From positions 15,534-79,533 of the forward strand of contig JAYRII010000015.1 in the NCBI GenBank assembly GCA_041906885.1: a stretch of DNA of 64,000 bases, given 5' to 3'. Below the pieces are notes generated by a model. The model saw only the letters and a program-made list of their open reading frames with translations. It was not told where the DNA came from and made no database searches. Below are positions 48,939 to 58,675 of the stretch, piece by piece. Each line of letters starts with the position of its first letter. Positions within the stretch are counted from its first letter, which is position 1. A program made the translations under genes and the position numbers. Origin of the DNA: Candidatus Saccharimonadia bacterium (GTDB lineage: Bacteria; Patescibacteriota; Saccharimonadia; CAILAD01; CAZGYV01).

Positions 48939-49294
48939 ACATCTTCAAAAGTAAAAGAAAATCACTTCAGCTCGAAATCAGCGCTGAGTATTTTATCGCC
49001 GCACAAGTCGATGCTAAAGGCACGATCGAAACAGAATCAGATGTTTTTATAGATGGAAACTTCAAAGGCAAAATCGAATCAGCTGGCTTAGTAGAAATTG
49101 GTAAAAATGCCAAAGTTGAAGGCAGTCTTCAGGCTAGAGCCCTCCTGATCGAAGGAAAATTAACTGGCCTTGCTAATGCCAAAGACGACATCAAGATAAG
49201 TCGATGCGCCATTATTGATGCCGATCTGGCCTGTGGTGAAATTGAGCTGGAAAAAGGTGCTCTAGTTAGTGGTAAGCTTAAGGTGAAGCGCTAA
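48935..49294 (+). CDS. Bactofilin
   Basis: A 119-aa beta-helical repeat pattern (IDGNFKGKIESAGLVEIGKNAKVEGSLQARALLIEGKLTG). Confidence 0.7.
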   Translation: MNIFKSKRKSLQLEISAEYFIAAQVDAKGTIETESDVFIDGNFKGKIESAGLVEIGKNAKVEGSLQARALLIEGKLTGLANAKDDIKISRCAIIDADLACGEIELEKGALVSGKLKVKR

Positions 49295-50085
49295 TGTACG
49301 CATACATTACTTGGGCTGGTCATGGTAAAGCAGATAAAGAGCTGATCGAAAAGATCAAGCAGCAACTAGCCATCAGCCAGATCGATGGTGAGCATATTGA
49401 AGTCGACAGCTTTGATGCTGCCCGGCAAGCTGCTCAAGCCGCCATCGAAAAAGGCACAAAAACTATCGTTGCGATCGGTCATGATAATTGTTTTAATGCC
49501 ATCATTGATGGAGTAGCCAGGAATAATCAAGATAAATCTGCCGTTGGCTACATTCCAATCAACCGTCATCCTACTTCAACTACAGAACTATTAGGAATTA
49601 GAAGCTGGAAGGATAGCTTATCAATTTTGCCAGTTAGAAAATTGCAGGACTTTACTCTACTCGACACTCAAAATGGCTATATTTTAAGCGAATTACACCT
49701 TACAATCGAGCAAAAGGATGAAAAATCCACTCCGATCGAGTGTGTATTCGATGGTAAGTTGACTCTGACGACTGTATGCGACGAGCTCATCATAACTAAT
49801 TTAGAGAATCAAAACCAACCTCACACCAAAAATATCTCAATTGAAGCTCGGGCTGCTGGTCACTACAAAAGTCGTACAAAAGAATCTTTAATCAACCTCC
49901 CCCATTTACTTCAAGCCAAATCTGACAAGAACCAAGTTGTGTTTAAATTATTAGCTAATGAAGTCAAAATCAACCCAAAAGACAACCATTTTAATGAATA
50001 TGGCACAGATGAGGACGCGCGCAGTCTTGAAATTGGCCATAAGACAACCACAATCCGCGCTATAGTGAAGAAGCATCGTAACTAA
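49294..50085 (+). CDS. DAGK_cat/YegS-like lipid-kinase-fold protein with a degenerate catalytic Gly-rich motif (GHDNC in place of GGDGT).
   Basis: N-terminal YAYITWAGHGKAD....IVAIGHDNCFNAIIDGV follows the DAGK_cat arrangement. Confidence 0.4.
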   Translation: MYAYITWAGHGKADKELIEKIKQQLAISQIDGEHIEVDSFDAARQAAQAAIEKGTKTIVAIGHDNCFNAIIDGVARNNQDKSAVGYIPINRHPTSTTELLGIRSWKDSLSILPVRKLQDFTLLDTQNGYILSELHLTIEQKDEKSTPIECVFDGKLTLTTVCDELIITNLENQNQPHTKNISIEARAAGHYKSRTKESLINLPHLLQAKSDKNQVVFKLLANEVKINPKDNHFNEYGTDEDARSLEIGHKTTTIRAIVKKHRN

Positions 50086-50174
50086 CACCAAAATGTACCA
50101 TGGTAAGGCTACTAAAACTATTGATATAACCTCAAATCAGTGTTATTATAACCGGGAGCTTTAGGAGATAGGCA

Positions 50175-50732
50175 ATTAAAAATAGAGTTAGACTAAATCA
50201 TGAGATCCGAGCAAGTAAGCTCAGACTCGTCGACGCTGATGGTACACAATTGGGTATAGTTAGCCTTGGACAAGCCCTCGACGCTGCCGAGTCAAAAGGT
50301 TACGATTTAGCAGAGATATCTCCCAACGCTGATCCGCCTGTCGCCAAACTAATCGATTGGGGTAAGTATCAGTACGAAAAAGAAAAGCAAGCCGCTAAGA
50401 GTCGCAAGAAGCAAAAGAATATTGAGCTAAAACAAGTTCGTATTGGTCTTAAGACCGACAAGCACGATGTTGAAGTAAAGCAGAGAGCCACCGCCAAGTT
50501 CCTCGAGAACGGCAACAAAGTCAGAATCAACCTTCGTTTTAAAGGGCGCGAAATTACCCACCCCAATCTGGGACGTGATATTCTCAACAACTTTTACACT
50601 ACCCTAGAGGAGATGGCGATAAAAGAACAAGAGCCTACCTTAAGCGGACGTGAGCTTTCGATGATTCTAGCAAGGAGAAAAAATGCCAAAACTGAAGACC
50701 CGCAAGACAATATCAAAGAGAGTCAAGCTTAG
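50175..50732 (+). CDS. infC: Translation initiation factor IF-3, with an AUU start codon.
   Basis: The track ORF begins at a TTG at 50250, but the frame stays open upstream and encodes ..NHEIRASKLRLVDADGTQLGIVSLGQALDAAE.. (the IF-3 N-domain). AGGAG at 50164-50168 is followed 6 nt later by ATT at 50175, the classical autoregulatory infC start. Confidence 0.75.
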   Translation: MKNRVRLNHEIRASKLRLVDADGTQLGIVSLGQALDAAESKGYDLAEISPNADPPVAKLIDWGKYQYEKEKQAAKSRKKQKNIELKQVRIGLKTDKHDVEVKQRATAKFLENGNKVRINLRFKGREITHPNLGRDILNNFYTTLEEMAIKEQEPTLSGRELSMILARRKNAKTEDPQDNIKESQA

Positions 50733-50877
50733 TTCCGCCGGTAAAATCCTACGGCGCAAGGCTACTCGTGCTCACAAGCTGACTATTAAGTCGGCTTCGC
50801 GCAAGCGTGCCTACACACTTGAGCACGGTGTCGCCCAGGGTGATGGAAAAAATATTAAGAAAATGTTAGGACTTTAA
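50683..50877 (+). CDS. rpmI: 50S ribosomal protein L35
   Basis: MPKLKTRKTISKRVK.., 64 aa; overlaps the infC end in another frame, as is typical. Confidence 0.85.
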   Translation: MPKLKTRKTISKRVKLSSAGKILRRKATRAHKLTIKSASRKRAYTLEHGVAQGDGKNIKKMLGL

Positions 50878-50881
50878 GACC

Positions 50882-51220
50882 ATGAGAGTAAAACGTAGCG
50901 TTACAGCTCGCAAGAGACATAAAAAAGTCCTTAAAATGACCAAGGGCATGAGTCACGCCCGAACATCATCTTACCGCAAAGCCAATGAAGCGGTCCTCAA
51001 GGCTCTCTCCTACCAGTATCGCGACCGCCGTAATCTCAAGCGTGATATGCGCTCACTATGGATTACGCGCATTTCGGCTGCAGTTCAGCCTTACGACCTA
51101 ACTTACTCGCAATTTATGGCTAAGCTAGCAAAAGCTGATATCAAACTTAACCGCAAGATGCTCTCAGAGCTAGCCATCCACCAACCAAAGGCATTTGAGG
51201 CAATTGTAAAAGCCGTCTAA
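50882..51220 (+). CDS. rplT: 50S ribosomal protein L20
   Basis: MRVKRSVTARKRHKKVLK.., 112 aa. Confidence 0.9.
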   Translation: MRVKRSVTARKRHKKVLKMTKGMSHARTSSYRKANEAVLKALSYQYRDRRNLKRDMRSLWITRISAAVQPYDLTYSQFMAKLAKADIKLNRKMLSELAIHQPKAFEAIVKAV

Positions 51221-51235
51221 AAGCAACTGTTCTTC

Positions 51236-51266
51236 AAAAAACCGCATCGTAATATTGCGGTTTTTC
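51236..51266 (+). terminator. Intrinsic terminator (AAAACCGCA-TCGTAATAT-TGCGGTTTTT).
   Basis: Perfect stem plus T-run, 15 nt after the rplT stop. Confidence 0.75.
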
Positions 51267-51286
51267 AGCATTAAAACAAATTTAAA

Positions 51287-51412
51287 AGATTTACCCCAGC
51301 GCCAGCCGACCGTTATTGTCATTGTCAGCATTGTTCCTATTCAAGTTCGGCTTACCATTGTCGTTGACGTTAGAATTCGGCACATAAGCGTTACCTTCGA
51401 GCTAGTTTAATC
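51287..51412 (-). pseudogene. Remnant 3' fragment of a paralogue of the adjacent 668-aa gene.
   Basis: Minus-strand translation ends ..NGKPNLNRNNADNDNNGRLALG*. The full gene ends ..GASGNGRVALG*, and the flanking DNA motif AAAGATTT(T)TACCCCAGCGC is shared at 51287 and 51677. Confidence 0.5.
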
Positions 51413-51682
51413 CTGCCAGCGTCTGATTCAATTGTCTGCTGTCTGCCACAGACAATTTACTCTTTTTCATCCACCTTGCTGGAATACTGACAGTAATTCC
51501 TGGGGAGTAAAATGTTATTGGCGAACCACTTTTTTAAGCGCACTCATATTGCAACCGAATCGCAGTGATTTACAGCCAGTCGAGGCACCGTTAGCTTTTC
51601 AAAGCTTAGGGATACTCACCTCTTATGAATAAGTTTACTCTAAAGTTTAAAATAAAAGAAAAGTATAAGAGTATAAAGATTT

Positions 51683-53689
51683 TTACCCCAGCGCAACCCG
51701 CCCGTTGCCAGAGGCACCCCTCTTATAGGTCACTCGCCCACCACCATACGGTTCATACCTATTAGTAGGATCGTCCCCGCCCAAACACAGAACACCATCT
51801 CTTCTGATATAGGATTGTGGCACAAGCAAAAAAGCGGGTGTATGCCTAGGTTTCAGATCAAAATGTCTTATATAGGTTTTGCGGGTTATTGATTCTCCCT
51901 TCACTGGTCCCATCTCTGCATGCAAAGTTTGCCAGTAAACCATAGCATCGAGCACACTAGGTACTACCAAATTGGGTTGTGCTTCCTGCAACTCTACCAG
52001 GATATCTCGTTGGCGTTCTGCTGTATTGAAGCCAAGCTCAGTCGCGGGCTCAGAGGGTATTAGAGACAGCCTCACTAATGTATCTGGAGCGATGCTACCG
52101 GATAGCTCCTCCGCAGAGTATAGTGGGTAAAGTGATTCATGAGCGTATACATCACGTTGCTGAGACCTGCCGAACTCCATAGCTAAAGCCATGATCTGCT
52201 CAGTATCAGCCAAGATATTGGGTGTGGCAATAATTGTAAAGCGCGTATTATAGCGCTCGAATTTATCAGTAACGTAGTCGAAAGTACCGTTTTTTTGCCA
52301 TTCGATCCACTTAGCAGCCAGCGCACTAGCAAATCGCTCCGGTGTGATGACAGGAATCTGCTCAGTATTGCCACGAGCGCTATTGAGCCGCTCAATGATG
52401 ATATTCGCAGCCAGGTAGGCATTATCGGCCTGATAAAGGATCGATTCGAGCAAGATGGGCTTAAGGCGTTCGGTGTCGCGACCGATTCTGGCCTCTATAA
52501 TCTCATCTATTCGTGGGTCACGCTTGTAGCCAAAGCCCTTAATCTCGTGGTCTAGTTCATTGAGGAAGCGCAGGTCGTCATCGCTTAAGCTCGCTTCCGG
52601 GTCATCATGTAGCTGGCGCTCGATCTGGGTCAACTTTCTCATATCCTCGGCTTTTTGCTTGTAGGCTTCGGCGCCCGGTAAATCCTCCAGCTTGGCTTCG
52701 GTAATCTCGGCCAAGTCTCCCTCGAGATTTTGACCAGGCCCAATGCCACGAACTTCGGCCACTTCGCCCTGACTCATCCGAATCGCTACCCGCGGCACTT
52801 TGTACTCACCATCACTATTTTTGGAGTAGTAAACGTAGAAGTCTCCCATATTGAGCTGGGCTTGAGCAGTACCCTCGCCGGCCGTACACCAACCGGTGCC
52901 ATAGCCTTGCAAAGTAGCGGCCAGCGCGGCGCCGCTGCTGCCCTGATCATAGCGAGTCCACTGCCCGTCTGTGACATCCAGATTCTCGGCGTGAGCCGGC
53001 TGACTCTTTTCAATGGCGTGTTTGTAGAGAGTCGCAAAATTGGCATCTTTGTCAAGCAACTCTTTGGTATCGGGATCGAGCTGGCTGGGTGTGCCTGCAG
53101 GACTTTGGTCGCGTATGCCATAATGCGCCACCAGCGAATCGGCCATGTAGGCCAAAGCTTCGCGGTTGATATCTGGAAAAATCGTTGTCGTCGAACGGCT
53201 GCGCTTGGGGAATTCGCCCTTTTCTTTGTCGAAGTCGGCTAATTTGACTATATTGCGAAAAGTGTAGTACTTGAACCACATCGGGTAGGTCGCATCGGCT
53301 GAGCTGAGGTAATCGATCCAGCTGTCGAGACTGCGCTCTTGATCGCGGGTGATGGTGGCAGCCATCTCAGACCGGACTTGGTCGGGGATATTGACCTCAC
53401 CATGACCCTGCTCGCGGGCAATCCGGCGCTGCAGCTCAAAGTAGCTCTCCGGTACCTGATCAGGCCGCATGACATGTTGCTTGTGATAGATGTCCTTGAT
53501 ACGCTCAGCTACTTTGGGATCACGACCGAAGTGAATTTTCTCGAGCGTCTGCATCCACGTCTCTAGCTTCTCGGCCGGCTGAGAGGCTGGTTTGTGCTGC
53601 TCTAGCTCAGCCGCCCGCTCGGTGGCTTTTTGGACATCACTAGATTTATGCAACTCGGGATATTTATCGTGGAGAGGGTGACGTTCCAT
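51683..53689 (-). CDS. Hypothetical 668-aa protein with no recognisable domain and ~55% GC, well above its neighbours.
   Basis: A long ORF. Its antisense ORFs (52730..53279 etc.) look like GC artefacts. Confidence 0.6.
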   Translation of the reverse strand: MERHPLHDKYPELHKSSDVQKATERAAELEQHKPASQPAEKLETWMQTLEKIHFGRDPKVAERIKDIYHKQHVMRPDQVPESYFELQRRIAREQGHGEVNIPDQVRSEMAATITRDQERSLDSWIDYLSSADATYPMWFKYYTFRNIVKLADFDKEKGEFPKRSRSTTTIFPDINREALAYMADSLVAHYGIRDQSPAGTPSQLDPDTKELLDKDANFATLYKHAIEKSQPAHAENLDVTDGQWTRYDQGSSGAALAATLQGYGTGWCTAGEGTAQAQLNMGDFYVYYSKNSDGEYKVPRVAIRMSQGEVAEVRGIGPGQNLEGDLAEITEAKLEDLPGAEAYKQKAEDMRKLTQIERQLHDDPEASLSDDDLRFLNELDHEIKGFGYKRDPRIDEIIEARIGRDTERLKPILLESILYQADNAYLAANIIIERLNSARGNTEQIPVITPERFASALAAKWIEWQKNGTFDYVTDKFERYNTRFTIIATPNILADTEQIMALAMEFGRSQQRDVYAHESLYPLYSAEELSGSIAPDTLVRLSLIPSEPATELGFNTAERQRDILVELQEAQPNLVVPSVLDAMVYWQTLHAEMGPVKGESITRKTYIRHFDLKPRHTPAFLLVPQSYIRRDGVLCLGGDDPTNRYEPYGGGRVTYKRGASGNGRVALG

Positions 53690-53731
53690 AATGTTAGTTT
53701 AACATATAACTACTTTGCTCTTGTGTGCTAC

Positions 53732-54964
53732 CTAGAGAGCCTTGAGGGCTTGAATTGGTCGTTTCCTAGCTGCTTTCAGAGCTGGAGCAACACCAAAGAT
53801 GATACCTATTCCGACCGACACACCAAACGCCAAAGCAATCGCCTGGAATGTAAAAACGGGTGTAATAGAGGCAAATTTTTTGATTGGAAAGCTGGCGAGA
53901 TAAGCACAAGCTACGCCAATCAGGCCACCAAGCAACGATAGCATGACCGCCTCCATCATGAACTGCCCCATTATATTGCTAAATGTTGCGCCGATCGCCT
54001 TACGAATACCTATCTCGCGGGTTCTCTCAGTCACAGACACTAGCATTATATTCATAATACCAATACCACCAACTAGCAGCGAAATTGAAGCTATGGCAGC
54101 CACAAAGCTAGTCAGTAGATCCAAGATCGAACCAATCGTACCAAGCAAGTCTTCTTGGGTTAAAACACTAAAATCATCCTGACCATCATGATTTTCTTTA
54201 ATAGTACGCTCTAGCTCTTGCTTAACAGTATTTACGTTGGTCGAATCGTCAACCTTGGATATTATTCTGAAAATTTGGCTTGTTCCAGTCAACTTCGTAG
54301 CAGCTGAAAACGGAATGTAAATCATATCATCGCTCGAAACAGCTGAGCTCAAACCGCCGCCCTCGTCCGACTTTTTAACTACCCCGACCACCTTAAAGCC
54401 ATGCCCGCGGATAGTGACTTCTTTGCCAATTACCTCGCCGTCACCAAAAAGACTACTAGCTGCATTGGCTCCCAATACGGCAACGTAGTTCTTGTATTTA
54501 TCATCTTGGCTGGTAAAGAAAGCCCCTTGTGAAATATCCATACTCCTGACATTCACAAAATCTGATGTAGTTGCTACAACATTTACTGATTCGGCGGTTT
54601 TTCCGTCGTGCTGCACGACTCCTGACAATAGCTCCATCGGAGCGACTGCCACCACGTGATTAGTATTTTTGACTGTTTGTAAGTCTTTGTCAGTTAAAGT
54701 CGAAGTGCCAAGTGTACCGGCAAAGCCACCACTTCGCCTGCCGCCTGTCGAACTATTACCGCCAATCTTGCCAGATGTTAGAGTCAGGATGTTCGTGCCG
54801 AGATCTGATATTTGTCCACTGACCTGCTTCTTCACGCCGTCACCAATCGACACCATCATCAGAACCGCAGCCACTCCAATGATTATCCCCAGCATAGTTA
54901 GAAATGAACGTAGTTTTGCCGACCTAATACTGACCACCGCCAATTTAAAATTTTGCCAAATCAC
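53732..54964 (-). CDS. MacB/FtsX-type ABC transporter permease
   Basis: N-terminal TM helix, periplasmic MacB_PCD-like domain and C-terminal FtsX 3-TM bundle; 410 aa. Confidence 0.8.
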   Translation of the reverse strand: MIWQNFKLAVVSIRSAKLRSFLTMLGIIIGVAAVLMMVSIGDGVKKQVSGQISDLGTNILTLTSGKIGGNSSTGGRRSGGFAGTLGTSTLTDKDLQTVKNTNHVVAVAPMELLSGVVQHDGKTAESVNVVATTSDFVNVRSMDISQGAFFTSQDDKYKNYVAVLGANAASSLFGDGEVIGKEVTIRGHGFKVVGVVKKSDEGGGLSSAVSSDDMIYIPFSAATKLTGTSQIFRIISKVDDSTNVNTVKQELERTIKENHDGQDDFSVLTQEDLLGTIGSILDLLTSFVAAIASISLLVGGIGIMNIMLVSVTERTREIGIRKAIGATFSNIMGQFMMEAVMLSLLGGLIGVACAYLASFPIKKFASITPVFTFQAIALAFGVSVGIGIIFGVAPALKAARKRPIQALKAL

Positions 54965-55656
54965 GGTCGTCTCTCCCTGAGTAGACCATCACGTACCTCA
55001 ACTACAGAGCGAGCATAATGAGCCACCTCGGGGTTATGTGTCACAACTACGATAGTGGTACCTCTTTTATTAAGTTCACGCAACAACCTCATGATCTCAT
55101 CGCCCTTTTTGGTGTCCAGATTACCAGTCGGCTCATCGGCCAGGATTAGGCTTGGTCGATTGACCAGTGCTCTGGCGATGGCGACTCGCTGCACCTGGCC
55201 GCCAGATATCTGACTAGGCTTATTTTTTAATTTATCACCCAGACCAACCCTTGATAAGACCGCCTGGGCTCGCTTGCGCCGGCTAGAAGCCCGAACATTT
55301 TGATAAACCATCGGGAGCTCAACATTTTGTAGCAAATTAAGCCTGGGCAATAAGTTAAATGCTTGAAAGACAAAGCCAATACTATCTCGCCTGAGACGAG
55401 CTAGCTTACGATCTGATAGCATTGAGACATCAACCCCCTCAAGTAAGTACTGGCCGGTGGTTGGTCGATCCAAGAGACCAATGATATTCATCAAAGTCGA
55501 CTTCCCCGATCCACTTGGGCCCATGATGGCCATAAAATCGCCCTGCATAACCTTCAAGCTAACACCCTTAAGAGCGTCCAAGACACCGGCCTCATCATCA
55601 TAACGCTTGGTTACATTCCTTATTTCTATAACTACTTTTTTACCGTCCATAAACAA
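54961..55656 (-). CDS. ABC transporter ATP-binding protein (MacB/LolD type)
   Basis: Walker [13 protein letters not shown] signature [15 protein letters not shown], Walker [12 protein letters not shown]. Confidence 0.9.
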   Translation of the reverse strand: MFMDGKKVVIEIRNVTKRYDDEAGVLDALKGVSLKVMQGDFMAIMGPSGSGKSTLMNIIGLLDRPTTGQYLLEGVDVSMLSDRKLARLRRDSIGFVFQAFNLLPRLNLLQNVELPMVYQNVRASSRRKRAQAVLSRVGLGDKLKNKPSQISGGQVQRVAIARALVNRPSLILADEPTGNLDTKKGDEIMRLLRELNKRGTTIVVVTHNPEVAHYARSVVEVRDGLLRERRP

Positions 55657-56020
55657 AACTCGTCAATAGGTTTTATTAGTCGAGACCGTTATTTCTGTCT
55701 CGTTAGCACTACTTTTTTATTATAAACTACATTCGCATTCGACGCATCCTCCAGGTGATATGAATTCTACAGAGTCATTTTTTAAATAATATATTGCTTA
55801 AATATCATCAGCTTGCTTATCAAATAATTAACAAAGTCGAAGTAGATTTTATTCTTACTTAGAAAATGCCTTTTTGCTCTAGGATATTTCTAAGTATATG
55901 TTGTGTAATTTACTACATATTGTTAATAAATTTATACTTATAATCAGCAAATAACAATATCGCTCCGACAATTAAAACAATCTATATAGAGCAGTCAATC
56001 AACCATCCTGATCGGCTGAC

Positions 56021-57151
56021 TTAGTGCATCTTTTTATAATATTGATCAATTACTTTAGTCAGTTGCTTAATAAATTTATCGGTCGAAAATTCCTCAGCTC
56101 TGTGACGAATTTTTTTAACATCAAACGACATTGTCTCAAATTTTTTAATAGCTTTTTTTAAGCTACTACTAGTTTGTTTATCAAAATATATACCCGTGAC
56201 ACCATCGATAATCGATTCGGTAGCCCCGCCATGTCCGTAACAAATGACAGGCTTACCGGCTGCCATTGACTCTAATGGTGTAATGCCGAAGTCCTCATCG
56301 GCAGTAAATATCAGAGCCTTGGAGCCAAGATATAGCTTAGTAATATCATCATCACTCAGGGCGCCCTGAAACTCTATCGATGGCCCAGCTTTTTTTTCTA
56401 ACTTCTCTTTCTGACTGCCCGTACCAACCACAATTAGCCGCTTACCAAGCTCGGACATGGCTCGAACGGCTATCTCAACTTTCTTGTAAGGTATTAATCT
56501 GCTCACCACCAGATAATAATCACCTTCTTTGGCCTGTTTAAGATCAAACCGATCTATGTCGACTGGAGGATAAATCACCGTACTATCACGTTTATAATAT
56601 TCTCGGGTCCGATTCTGAACCGTTTTGGAATTAGTTAAAATTAGATCTGGCCGTTGAGCTGTCGCAAAGTCAAAACTCCGCAGTTTTTTTATCTTCAACG
56701 GTAAAATAATTCGAGCCAGCGGGCTCAAAAAACCCAAACCAGGGCTCTTTAAATAATCACGATAGCCACTCCAATAGTATCGTATCGGGGTATGAATGTA
56801 GGCGACATGTAGCGTTATAGAATCTGTAATAATACTTTTGGCTTCCGCGCTAGAACTTGAGATGACGATGTCATAATCTTTAAAATCAAAACTCTCAAAT
56901 GCTCTCATCCGAGCTAATGGATAAAGTTGGTGGTGGCTTTTTGCCAATGGCCAATGCTGTAAATATGATGTTTGGATATTTTTTTGAGTAAATTCTGGCA
57001 ATTTATCGGTATTATAGACGCTAGTAAAAATCGGGGCTTGAGGAAAAGCCTGGCTGATCGCCAAAACCACCCGCTCTGCCCCGCCCAAGTTGGTCAGCCA
57101 ATCATGAACAATGGCTACCCGCGGCGACTTAGATCTAACCCTAGTAGCCAC
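56021..57151 (-). CDS. Glycosyltransferase family 4 (polysaccharide biosynthesis)
   Basis: 376-aa GT-B fold; C-terminal ..EDFGITPLESMAAGKPVI... Confidence 0.75.
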   Translation of the reverse strand: MATRVRSKSPRVAIVHDWLTNLGGAERVVLAISQAFPQAPIFTSVYNTDKLPEFTQKNIQTSYLQHWPLAKSHHQLYPLARMRAFESFDFKDYDIVISSSSAEAKSIITDSITLHVAYIHTPIRYYWSGYRDYLKSPGLGFLSPLARIILPLKIKKLRSFDFATAQRPDLILTNSKTVQNRTREYYKRDSTVIYPPVDIDRFDLKQAKEGDYYLVVSRLIPYKKVEIAVRAMSELGKRLIVVGTGSQKEKLEKKAGPSIEFQGALSDDDITKLYLGSKALIFTADEDFGITPLESMAAGKPVICYGHGGATESIIDGVTGIYFDKQTSSSLKKAIKKFETMSFDVKKIRHRAEEFSTDKFIKQLTKVIDQYYKKMH

Positions 57152-58577
57152 CCCGACCTCTGATAATTATACGGATAGTCTTTAAGAAAATAACAAAATC
57201 AGTCCACAATGACCAATTTTCAACATAATAGATATCAAGTGCAATACGATCCTGATAGCTGACATCATTTCTACCCGAGACCTGCCACAATCCAGTTAAG
57301 CCCGGCTTGATAGCCAGAAATTTACTCGATACATCACCATAACGCCCCAGCTCGTCTTCGGTGATTGGCCGAGGACCCACCAGACTCAAATTACCAAGTA
57401 AAACATTAAATAGTTGAGGCAACTCATCTAGGCTGGTGCGTCGCAAAAACTGACCTAATCGACTAACCCTCGGATCATTTTTGATTTTCTGATGCTTTTT
57501 AAACTCAGTTAGGAGTGCCTTATCATTAAACTGGGACAGAACCTGCTCATTTGTTTTGTATTTATAATCCTTACCGACACAATACTCTTTCTTCATCGTT
57601 CGAAATTTATAGACATCGATTTTTTTGCCCTCGCGACTGAGCCTACGATGTAAATAAAAAATCGGACCGGGGTCAAAAATCTTAATCAAAACAGCAATGA
57701 TAATAAAAACCGGGCTCAGTATTATTAGACCGAGTAATGAACAAATTAGGTCGACAGTCCTCTTCACGATCCGCCCCCAACCTTCTAGCGGAGTTTGTAT
57801 CACCTCTAAGACAGGGATTGTTGAATATGGTACGGTTTCGCTCTGGGTCTTAAATAGACCAGCCGTTGGTGGCACGAACTTGTAATTAATCTGATTGGCG
57901 TGACAAAACTCTATGATTTCCAGCTGGCTTTTACTGTCAAGATTTGAGTCTGACATAAATATTTCATTAATGTGGTGAATATGATGAATTTTTTTGAGTA
58001 GCTCAATTCCCTTAATCGGCTTATACGACTTTGAATTTGATGCTATCTCGTCATTAAGCAAGCGGTAGCCGTTGTGTTGCGGTCTGAGTGATGTCTTTAT
58101 CTCGCGTGCCGCTGGGCCAGTGCCGATAATAAAGACATTATGAACCCCATAGCCAAATCGCCATAAAAATCTCTGAAAACCGCGTACCAGCTGCCTAGTG
58201 ATAACAATCAAGATGAAGGCAAAAATGAATCCATAGACTGGCACACTCTTGGAAGGAATTATTGGATTTTGGCTAGCAAAATCAGCTAGAATTAGAAACA
58301 TCACTCCACCGGCTGTAGCCACTAAAATACGACCGATTTCACTAAACCGACTACGGGTCGAGCGTAAGTTATAAAGACCAGACAGGGCGAAAAATAGTAT
58401 CCAAACTGGCAGCAACACCAGCATAAACTTCAAATACTGACGAGCTGGAATCTGATAAGCAATTGGCTTCTCGGCACTCAATCGCACTATATAAGCCAAG
58501 ACGAAGCCAATAATGGCTGCTAAATAATCAATTGGTACCAATATCAAACTAAAAAATAGCTCGCTGCGCTTTTTCAT
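57141..58577 (-). CDS. Polyprenyl-phosphate hexose-1-phosphate transferase (WbaP/EpsL-like bacterial sugar transferase)
   Basis: N-terminal multi-TM region and C-terminal sugar-transferase motif ..DELPQLFNVLLGNLSLVGPRP....KPGLTGLWQVSGR.. Confidence 0.8.
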   Translation of the reverse strand: MKKRSELFFSLILVPIDYLAAIIGFVLAYIVRLSAEKPIAYQIPARQYLKFMLVLLPVWILFFALSGLYNLRSTRSRFSEIGRILVATAGGVMFLILADFASQNPIIPSKSVPVYGFIFAFILIVITRQLVRGFQRFLWRFGYGVHNVFIIGTGPAAREIKTSLRPQHNGYRLLNDEIASNSKSYKPIKGIELLKKIHHIHHINEIFMSDSNLDSKSQLEIIEFCHANQINYKFVPPTAGLFKTQSETVPYSTIPVLEVIQTPLEGWGRIVKRTVDLICSLLGLIILSPVFIIIAVLIKIFDPGPIFYLHRRLSREGKKIDVYKFRTMKKEYCVGKDYKYKTNEQVLSQFNDKALLTEFKKHQKIKNDPRVSRLGQFLRRTSLDELPQLFNVLLGNLSLVGPRPITEDELGRYGDVSSKFLAIKPGLTGLWQVSGRNDVSYQDRIALDIYYVENWSLWTDFVIFLKTIRIIIRGRGGY

Positions 58578-58675
58578 GTAACCTTATTTTACACTAAATA
58601 ATTAAGAAAACCTCGCGGACTAAAGGGCTTGATGTAGCGACACCTTATTACGAGGTTTTCTTTTTAGATAAGGGC

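Noticed and set aside
52183-53566. Multiple 75-170-aa ORFs antisense or out of frame within the 668-aa gene.
   Set aside because: They are GC-driven open frames inside a long, continuous minus-strand ORF.
55657-56020. 365-bp AT-rich intergenic region with a GAGAC-N10-GTCTC hairpin, considered as a small RNA or mobile-element end.
   Set aside because: Only one short hairpin with a distant T-run and no repeats or ORFs; it is most simply the promoter and leader of the ABC transporter operon plus the end of the GT operon.
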